From positions 1 through 21,219 of the forward strand of contig JBGPQP010000015.1 of assembly GCA_041489155.1 (NCBI GenBank): a stretch of DNA of 21,219 nt, in the 5' to 3' direction. Every line of letters starts with the position of its first letter. Position 1 is the stretch's first letter. A program made the translations under genes and the position numbers. The notes below the pieces were generated by a model. That model was not told the origin of the DNA and did no database searches. It saw only the letters and a list, made by a program, of their open reading frames with translations. Source of the DNA: Candidatus Aenigmatarchaeota archaeon (GTDB lineage Archaea > Aenigmatarchaeota > Aenigmatarchaeia > QMZP01 > QMZT01). Positions 1 to 6,108 of this stretch are shown piece after piece.

Positions 1-2
1 CG

Positions 3-602
3 TTTAATTGCGATAGTTGTGGAAAATTCAATTCAGAGGGGACATTTTATCTTAAATTTATTGCAGTATCTGGTAAAAAGAGATACTACTGTGAACAATG
101 TGCAAACGAAAGTTTCAAACATTACAGTTGTCAGGAATGTGGTAAAAAATGGACAATATTCAAGACAAATGAAGAGGGATGGGACGACTTCGAATGGATA
201 GATTATGAAAAAAGGATATACAAATATGATAATAAGTGGTTATGTTACGAATGCTATCGCAAAAAAGTTAATGATGCTATACGGAAAAACCCAGATTTAT
301 TTATAGAGATATGCGAGAGGAACAAACCACAAGAAAATTACAGGTTTTACAAACTTATCTCGATAATTGATTGTAAATACTATTTTAATTGCGGTCTTGC
401 GATAAACTATGGCTATTGTAAAGAAATGTGTAAGGTGACATGTGATATATGCGGAAAAGAAATGAGAATAGAGGTTTGTCATGTTCACCATAAAAGAAAA
501 CTTCCCAAGGGTTCGAATCAATACAAATACGAAAACCCTGAAAATCTTTCTATTATATGTGCGTCTTGCCATAAGAAAGAAGAATTAAACCTGAGGCTTT
601 GA
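3..602 (+). CDS. Multi-zinc-finger protein with C-terminal HNH endonuclease domain (5'-partial, not in ORF track)
   Basis: Frame starting at base 3 is open to TGA at 600-602: FNCDSCGK...YCEQC...SCQECG...LCYECY...TCDICGKEMRIEVCHVHHKRK...ENPENLSIICASCHKKEE. The CxxC...HH...N-L..CxxCH pattern is the Zn-binding HNH signature. Confidence 0.8.
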   Translation, partial: FNCDSCGKFNSEGTFYLKFIAVSGKKRYYCEQCANESFKHYSCQECGKKWTIFKTNEEGWDDFEWIDYEKRIYKYDNKWLCYECYRKKVNDAIRKNPDLFIEICERNKPQENYRFYKLISIIDCKYYFNCGLAINYGYCKEMCKVTCDICGKEMRIEVCHVHHKRKLPKGSNQYKYENPENLSIICASCHKKEELNLRL

Positions 603-778
603 CATTTTTTTCAGGGCAGTCTATTCTGAGCAGAACGCCATCGGAATTTAAAGAAACCAGAAAATGTGCATGCGGTAATACGATAGCAATAAGTAACAAA
701 TCTGGAATTTGCTCTTCTTGTATAGAAAATGCGCGAAAGGAAAGAGAAAAAAGATATAGAGCAAGAATGTATCGTTGA
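599..778 (+). CDS. Small Zn-finger ORF (59 aa), or frameshifted C-terminus of the HNH protein
   Basis: TTG start overlaps the upstream TGA (TTGA). Translates as (M)TFFSGQSILSRTPSEFKETRKCACGNTIAISNKSGICSSCIENARKEREKRYRARMYR, with CxC...CxxC. Confidence 0.5.
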   Translation: MTFFSGQSILSRTPSEFKETRKCACGNTIAISNKSGICSSCIENARKEREKRYRARMYR

Positions 779-852
779 TTATTAGGATTTCTACAGGAGT
801 GTTTAAACATAGCCTTTTAAGGCAAAGTTCGAATTTTTAAAGTGGTGATTAA

Positions 853-1881
853 TTGAAAAAATTCCTGGAATTGTTATTGGCTGCAATGTTCGGTGGTATT
901 ATAAGCAATTTTTGGCGAATATCGACCGATTCTGTATGGAATGTATTTACACTTTTAGCGAACTCTATTGTCATAATCATTTTTTTATGTGTGATTTACT
1001 TTGTTTTTCAAGGGTTAGAAGAATTTGTAAATTGGTGGAAGAAAAAAGGTCAAACTTCGAAGGGAGAAATCGGTGATCGGACGGATAAAAATCATGCTAA
1101 TAAGCCACCTTTCAATCATTTTATTTATTATATGAGTGTGCCATTTGTAATATCGATGCTTATGGCATACTTCAATTTCATTGCGATAAAAGATCCCCAA
1201 GAACAAGTTAAGGTGGCTGTTAACTTTTGGGCATTCCTTGCTACCATATCTGGAGCATTCATCATTTTCTGGTTCGGTAAAATTTCTGATACTAGAACTC
1301 TGCAACGGCGTAAAAAGAAAATGATCAAGGAAGACATACGAGAGGAGAAGCATGGGGGAATAATAGATAAAAGGGGTGCAAACCTGATTGGATTGATTTT
1401 TGCCGTGATCGCTGGAACGACTTTAGCGCGTTTTATTGATAAATACACAACGGGAATTTATTTAGGAAGTTTGCAAAATATTTTTATAGAAACTTTTGAA
1501 CTTACTCACGCCGGTCAGCTTTTCATTAATATACTCACTGCAATTTCGATGATTTGCTTAGTCGGCTTATCAGTCGTCTTTTTAGCCATTTATTGGAAGA
1601 AAAAGGTATCAAATTTCAAAGAGGGAAAAATTGAATTCGTTTTAACCGTATTGTACGCCTCTTTTCCATTCATGGTGTCTCATATACCCGGATTATTTGT
1701 ATACGGCACTTCTACAATATTTAAAGGTAAAGATTTCGGAGCTACAACAGATTTATTCTATGTTTTAGCGTATTTTGGATCTCTGTTCCTTTTTCAATTT
1801 TTATGGAAACCTATTGAACTCAAATTTAACAGATTGCGACGTTTTATTTTCGGCAGAAATGAAAGTTCTTCCCGGGTTTGA
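853..1881 (+). CDS. Polytopic membrane protein, unknown function
   Basis: 342-aa ORF with roughly 8-9 hydrophobic segments. GGTGA RBS at 844-848 precedes the TTG start. AT-rich codon usage. Confidence 0.75.
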   Translation: MKKFLELLLAAMFGGIISNFWRISTDSVWNVFTLLANSIVIIIFLCVIYFVFQGLEEFVNWWKKKGQTSKGEIGDRTDKNHANKPPFNHFIYYMSVPFVISMLMAYFNFIAIKDPQEQVKVAVNFWAFLATISGAFIIFWFGKISDTRTLQRRKKKMIKEDIREEKHGGIIDKRGANLIGLIFAVIAGTTLARFIDKYTTGIYLGSLQNIFIETFELTHAGQLFINILTAISMICLVGLSVVFLAIYWKKKVSNFKEGKIEFVLTVLYASFPFMVSHIPGLFVYGTSTIFKGKDFGATTDLFYVLAYFGSLFLFQFLWKPIELKFNRLRRFIFGRNESSSRV

Positions 1882-2014
1882 ATCAGCGTTTCTTTTTCAT
1901 CTTTTCCCTGGTTTTGCGATTTTATCTTCCATGCTTACCCCTCCGGAGAGCGGATATTTAAGGGCTGTCTATGTTAAACAAATTCTTAAAGTCGGCGGGG
2001 AAAATTAAATTAAT

Positions 2015-2578
2015 ATGCCAAACCGCGTAAAGTCAAAAATCGTTGCAAAATCGAAGGAAAGGATTGAAATAGAGAGATTTTCAGATGATTTCAGCGTCAG
2101 GGCAGCGGTAGATTTATCAGGGAAGCCGCTGCGGACAAAAAGCGGCAGGGCTTTCATCGATACTCTTCTTAACGGCATGGGCAAATTCGGCGCTGAAATA
2201 ATTGTAGCAAGGGATGTGGCTGACACCAAAAAAATAATTCATAATTCAGGCTACGCTTTCGGCGAGGCGCTGAGAAAGGTTTATGAGAAGAGGAAGGCTA
2301 AGGAAACCGGCATGGCAATATACGCAAAGGACAAGGCGATGTGCATGGTCGCCATAAGCGCGAAAAGGCAGGCAGGCGAGGCGAATCTCCAGATAATCGG
2401 GAAACCGGACTTCGACGCAGAGCATTTCTTCGCGTTCTTCGACGGCCTAGCGCAGGGTTTCGAAGCCGAAATAAATGTCTTGATAAAAATACCGGATATT
2501 AAAAAATCAGGCCACGTGGACTTCCTGGCTAAAGCCTTTTCATCGTGTCTTTGCCAGATAATCAGCGTACAGATCTGA
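2015..2578 (+). CDS. Imidazoleglycerol-phosphate dehydratase (HisB)-fold protein, probably catalytically inactive
   Basis: Length and segments (VDLSG, SGRAFIDTLL, GYAFGEALRK, FDAEHFFAFF, LAKAFSSCL) parallel IGPD, but both HHxxE metal motifs are absent. Confidence 0.55.
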   Translation: MPNRVKSKIVAKSKERIEIERFSDDFSVRAAVDLSGKPLRTKSGRAFIDTLLNGMGKFGAEIIVARDVADTKKIIHNSGYAFGEALRKVYEKRKAKETGMAIYAKDKAMCMVAISAKRQAGEANLQIIGKPDFDAEHFFAFFDGLAQGFEAEINVLIKIPDIKKSGHVDFLAKAFSSCLCQIISVQI

Positions 2579-2759
2579 TGAAGTTCGCCGCTGACCTGTC
2601 ATACGTTTTTTCAGCGTTTTTCGGGAAAAGGCAGCCGGGGATCTCTCCGTTTTGCCTGTGATGGCGGATGCATTCGCAGCACATGCCTTTGCGGGAGCAG
2701 GACGGGTAGCTGCATGTACAATGCTTGAGATTCTCGCTCCTGTTCTGGCACTCTTTCAC
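2562..2759 (-). CDS. Small Cys-rich protein, DUF6485-like
   Basis: CTCSYPSCSRKGMCCECIRHH...GEIPGCLFP..AEKTYDRS pattern; GGTGA RBS upstream of GTG. Confidence 0.75.
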   Translation of the reverse strand: MKECQNRSENLKHCTCSYPSCSRKGMCCECIRHHRQNGEIPGCLFPKNAEKTYDRSAANFIRSVR

Positions 2760-2802
2760 GGAATCACCTGGTATTAATCTGTTGTCAAAATAATGGAATG
2801 AG

Positions 2803-3234
2803 CTATTTTTTCCTCGTTTTCTTTTTCTTCCTTTGCTCAGGGATATTTATCCTTTCATGGATTTCCTTGAGGAATTTCTTGTCAGGCGTTCTCACCTTCA
2901 GTCTCCTGTGGCCTGCCAGGCTCTCGTATTTGCCTGTCTGAAGCGTCAGGAAATAGTCCCTTCCGGATTTCATGTGGTTCACGAGGAGAACTAGGTCACC
3001 GTGTTCGGCGAGGTTAAGCTCCCCCTGCGGCCTTCCGTACACCATCTCGCGCAGCCTGTCGTAAATCCTGGCCTCGCCTTCGCTGAGGCTGGCGAGCTCC
3101 CTGCCGAGGTTATCGACATGGTAAAGCCTGACTTTCCCTTCTTCCTCGAGCTTCTGCAGCTCCCGTATGATCGGATGCCTGTGGTTCATTATCATTGCCG
3201 AATGGTCAAGCGTGATTTTTACCATATACGCCAC
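2803..3234 (-). CDS. Hypothetical protein, PIN-domain-like
   Basis: N-terminal strand ending in D (KITLDHS), REL, GDLVLL and GRDYFLT follow PIN spacing. Basic C-terminal tail. Confidence 0.45.
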   Translation of the reverse strand: MAYMVKITLDHSAMIMNHRHPIIRELQKLEEEGKVRLYHVDNLGRELASLSEGEARIYDRLREMVYGRPQGELNLAEHGDLVLLVNHMKSGRDYFLTLQTGKYESLAGHRRLKVRTPDKKFLKEIHERINIPEQRKKKKTRKK

Positions 3235-3266
3235 AATTAATTCTTAGAAACAAGTTTTTTAACCCT

Positions 3267-3434
3267 TTAATTGCCGTTTTCGTACTGCTTCGCCTTTATC
3301 CGCATGGCATCCTCGACATGGTTGCGAGCAAAAGACTCATTCTCCTTCCTGTGTTTCCTGAGGAACTGATAGCCTATAAGTGTGACTGCTAGGAAGCTTC
3401 CCAAAGCAACCAGAGCGATTTCGATTTCAAACAT
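3267..3434 (-). CDS. Small single-pass membrane protein (55 aa)
   Basis: Start trimmed to ATG at 3434: MFEIEIALVALGSFLAVTLIGYQFLRKHRK, one TM followed by basic residues. The longer track ORF overlaps the divergent gene. Confidence 0.6.
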   Translation of the reverse strand: MFEIEIALVALGSFLAVTLIGYQFLRKHRKENESFARNHVEDAMRIKAKQYENGN

Positions 3435-3517
3435 ATATTTCAAATAATTTGTCCGCCGTTCTTTTAAACCTTTGTTAATTCCGAACGGATTTAAGCGAAG
3501 AAGGGCAATTATTAAAC

Positions 3518-3724
3518 ATGGTGTCCGTAACTGACAGGGGCCTAGTGGCGCTTCTGATACTGATCGGGGCCGTCCTTTTCGCGGCAGGAGTCGCAGGAGG
3601 CTACGTATCCTCACTTTCTTCCCCGGAATTCTTCATAGCGTGGATGTTCCTAGCATTCATAGGGATAATAGTCGCCCTGGTCGGAATCGCCATGGGCATG
3701 GGCGGAAAGCCCGCGGAAAGGTAA
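3518..3724 (+). CDS. Small two-TM membrane protein
   Basis: 68 aa, two hydrophobic helices, host-like codon usage, TTTAAG TATA-like box about 25 nt upstream. Confidence 0.7.
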   Translation: MVSVTDRGLVALLILIGAVLFAAGVAGGYVSSLSSPEFFIAWMFLAFIGIIVALVGIAMGMGGKPAER

Positions 3725-3846
3725 ACGTTTCGCTCGCTTCCCGACCTTTTCTGGCTTTTTCTTAAAAATCGCTATACATCGCCTCATTTTATTCCCTCTC
3801 TTTCTCCGCTTTCCACTCATCACCAGCCAGTCAAATTTCAAGGAAG

Positions 3847-3980
3847 TCTCACTTTTTGTTTAAAATTAATTTTTCATAAAATATATAATTTAGTATATAT
3901 TTTAAATTATATCTATCATTAAAAATATTTTAAATAAAATATTTTATTTTATATATTATTTAGTATATATAAATAAAATT
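3847..3980. repeat. Left end structure: 13-bp box, perfect 11-6-11 palindrome and extreme AT tract
   Basis: TCTCACTTTTTGT (3847-3859); TAAAATATATA-ATTTAG-TATATATTTTA (3877-3904); 18-bp palindrome AAATAAAATATTTTATTT (3932-3949); only 5 G/C counted in 3859-3980. Confidence 0.8.
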
Positions 3981-4035
3981 CCATGTTGCAGGCGTTTAAA
4001 CATACGTTTAAACATGGATAAAAACAGAGGCGATG

Positions 4036-4641
4036 TTATACGTTTTCGAAGGCTTTTTCTATCTGTTTTCTTCCTTTGTCAAGCTTATATTTTTTATGAT
4101 ATTCGAGGAATTTTGCCCAGTTTTTACCTCTTGTTATTTTGAATAAAATATGTTCAGAGTTTTCATTCTTTCTGGTCAAAATCCAAAGATCGGTATTAGG
4201 AATTTCCAAATAATCTATAGATTTGTCTATTCTACATGGTCCACATTCAACCGCTATTTGTCGGTTTTCTTTTGAAGCCAGTAGATCTACAATCCCGCCA
4301 CGAATCCATATTTCAAAACCTTCTATCTTAAATCCACTTTCTTTAAGAAGGCCGACTGCTATTTGTTTGATGTCTTTTTGAGGACCTTTGATTTTGATAT
4401 TAGATTTTTTGATTTTTTCCGGATTGATAATTTCTTGTTCCATGGATATCGCTTTATTATCTATAAATCCTGCAACAATAATTTCTCTGTAAAGATCAAG
4501 GTACCTAAAATCGCCTTGAAAAAATATATCTATCATCTTCTTTACGGTAGCAAAAGATGTGTTGTAAACCCTAAACATTTCATCGTAAATGTCTTCATTT
4601 TCCATGGTCTCTATCTTTCGGTTTTTCTTTCTAGTAAACAC
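4036..4641 (-). CDS. PD-(D/E)XK / restriction-endonuclease-fold-like protein
   Basis: LLKESGFKIEGFE...GIVDLLASKENRQIAVECG resembles the E...D...ExK core with K replaced by G. The GTG start lies 9 nt downstream of the recombinase stop; alternative ATG at 4605. Confidence 0.55.
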   Translation of the reverse strand: MFTRKKNRKIETMENEDIYDEMFRVYNTSFATVKKMIDIFFQGDFRYLDLYREIIVAGFIDNKAISMEQEIINPEKIKKSNIKIKGPQKDIKQIAVGLLKESGFKIEGFEIWIRGGIVDLLASKENRQIAVECGPCRIDKSIDYLEIPNTDLWILTRKNENSEHILFKITRGKNWAKFLEYHKKYKLDKGRKQIEKAFENV

Positions 4642-4650
4642 CCAGAATAT

Positions 4651-5229
4651 TTATACAATTGATTCTATTATCTTATCGTAATTTTTCTGAACGCTTTCAA
4701 TCCCAGGAGTACCATAAACATCTATTGTCGTTTTTATGCTGGAATGCCCCAGCATCTTTTGGACCTCTTCCATCCTCATGCCCTTCTCGAGCATTATCCT
4801 GGCAAATGAGTGTCTGAATAAATGAGGGGTTATGTCTTTCTTTCCCGGGTTTGGATGCCTTACACCGGCGATTCTACCGCATTTCGCGCATATCTCGTTT
4901 ATTTGCTTGAGGGATATGGTATTCTGTTTGTTGCTTGTTATTAGCTTTCCTTCCTTCCTGTCTCCTATATAAAATTTTATGTCTTGAAGCGTGTCCGAAT
5001 CTACCGGAACGGTCCTGCTCTTGTCACCCTTTCCGCTTCTAATGTATATTCGTCTCTTATCGAAGTCAACATCCCTTACCTCCAGATCCCTCAGCTCCCC
5101 CCTTCTCATCCCAGTCCTGGCCAGTATTTTGATAATGGTTCTATCTCTCAAGGAAGGAGAACAAACTATAATTTTTTTGATTTCATCCCTCGTCAAGTAG
5201 TATACTGACTCTTTTTCTCTTTCTGTCAT
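4651..5229 (-). CDS. Tyrosine recombinase (XerC/D-like catalytic domain only, 192 aa)
   Basis: Full catalytic set: TGMRRGEL (R), GKGDK (K), HLFRH (HxxR), LGHSS (H), TTIDVY (Y). No N-terminal core-binding domain. Confidence 0.95.
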   Translation of the reverse strand: MTEREKESVYYLTRDEIKKIIVCSPSLRDRTIIKILARTGMRRGELRDLEVRDVDFDKRRIYIRSGKGDKSRTVPVDSDTLQDIKFYIGDRKEGKLITSNKQNTISLKQINEICAKCGRIAGVRHPNPGKKDITPHLFRHSFARIMLEKGMRMEEVQKMLGHSSIKTTIDVYGTPGIESVQKNYDKIIESIV

Positions 5230-5241
5230 ACTTAATATAAT

Positions 5242-5362
5242 GTTACACTTTTATATAAAAGTTACGTTTTAGTAATTTTTACTTAAATAATATTACGTTT
5301 TAAGTTACAGAATATACATTCTGTAACGTTTTAGCTTCAGTAACGAAATTTCTGAAGCTAAA
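5242..5362. promoter_or_regulatory. Recombinase promoter plus candidate recombination (res/dif-like) site
   Basis: TATA inside palindrome ACTTTTATATAAAAGT (5247-5262). Further inverted repeats at 5256-5281, 5281-5305, 5304-5327 and 5330-5362. ACGTTTTA at 5264, 5295 and 5326. Confidence 0.65.
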
Positions 5363-5451
5363 CGTGTTTTCCCATAGGTTTTTAGGCCAGATAGGTTGTC
5401 CTACCAGGCAAAACATGGCCCGAAAAACAAATGTCTGGAATAAGACTAAAA

Positions 5452-5814
5452 TCACGCAGGTTTTTTCTCAGCTTTCCTTTCCTTCTTTACCGCTGGTTTT
5501 GCCTGTTTCCTGCACTTGTCCTCGACCTGGATCAGCTTCTTCTTGACGGCCTCCATGTTGTGCGCTATGTCCCAGCCGTCATCGGTCAGCTTCACGCCCT
5601 TTATGCGACCCTTCTTATCGAAAATCACCAGACCCATGCCATGCAGGATGTCCAGGATCTTTATCGTATGCGAGTACGTGCAGTCGGCTTCCTTCGAAAG
5701 AATCGTAGCATAAACCGGCGTCTTTGCCGTCTTCATTGCAAGCAGTATCCTTGCCGGCTTCTCTCTTAAAAACAAGTCTTCCAATACCGGTTTTTCTTTC
5801 GCTGTTTCTGCCAT
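5452..5814 (-). CDS. Winged-helix (MarR-like) DNA-binding protein of a conserved archaeal type
   Basis: LFLREKPARILL...YATILSKEADCTYSHTIKILDILHGMGLVIFDKKGRIKGVKLTDDG is a wHTH with wing; Lys-rich tail. Confidence 0.85.
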   Translation of the reverse strand: MAETAKEKPVLEDLFLREKPARILLAMKTAKTPVYATILSKEADCTYSHTIKILDILHGMGLVIFDKKGRIKGVKLTDDGWDIAHNMEAVKKKLIQVEDKCRKQAKPAVKKERKAEKKPA

Positions 5815-6003
5815 TATATAAATTATAACACTTAGTTATATAAATGTTATCTATCTATTAAAATGGGTATTTTTTCTAAAATATTTTATAATATATATTT
5901 TTTATTAAATTTATTAAAATAGATATTTTATAAAGTATTTTTTATAAAATATATACTTTAGAATATACTTTTCAGCACTTTACAAAAAACACAAAAAGTG
6001 AGA
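5815..6003. repeat. Right end structure: AT tract, imperfect 11-6-11 palindrome and inverted 13-bp box
   Basis: TAAAATATATA-CTTTAG-AATATACTTTT (5945-5972; 24/28 identical to 3877-3904). ACAAAAAGTGAGA (5991-6003) is the exact reverse complement of 3847-3859. Confidence 0.75.
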
Positions 6004-6108
6004 GTTGAAAGTGAAAGTGAGAACTGAACGTGCAGACTGCATCAGAACAAAAAACAGATATACATCGACCCAATTTTTCATCCAGAAACGCTGGGCACGA
6101 AGGAATAA

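Noticed and set aside
509..520. GGGTTCGAATC resembling a tRNA T-loop
   Set aside because: No complementary T-stem or cloverleaf; it lies inside the HNH reading frame.
19..810. Track ORFs 19-201, 297-572 and 553-810
   Set aside because: Alternative-frame or antisense overlaps of the HNH/Zn-finger frames, which carry the recognisable motifs.
4651..5229. Integron integrase
   Set aside because: Too short, lacks the IntI-specific insertion before HxxR, and no attC array is recognisable.
5262..5334. 31-bp periodic repeats as a mini-CRISPR
   Set aside because: The conserved unit is only 8-11 bp, spacers are about 22 bp and palindromic, and no cas genes are present.
5378..5428. Possible structured RNA (GTTTTTAGGCCA...TGGCCCGAAAAAC with inner TAGG/CCTA stem)
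   Set aside because: Stems are short and bulged, it matches no RNA family I recognise, and it cannot be distinguished from chance by eye.
3840..6030. Canonical Orc1/Cdc6 replication origin
   Set aside because: No cdc6 gene in the window and no clear ORB (TTCCAGTGGAAAC plus G-string) found; kept only as an alternative hypothesis.
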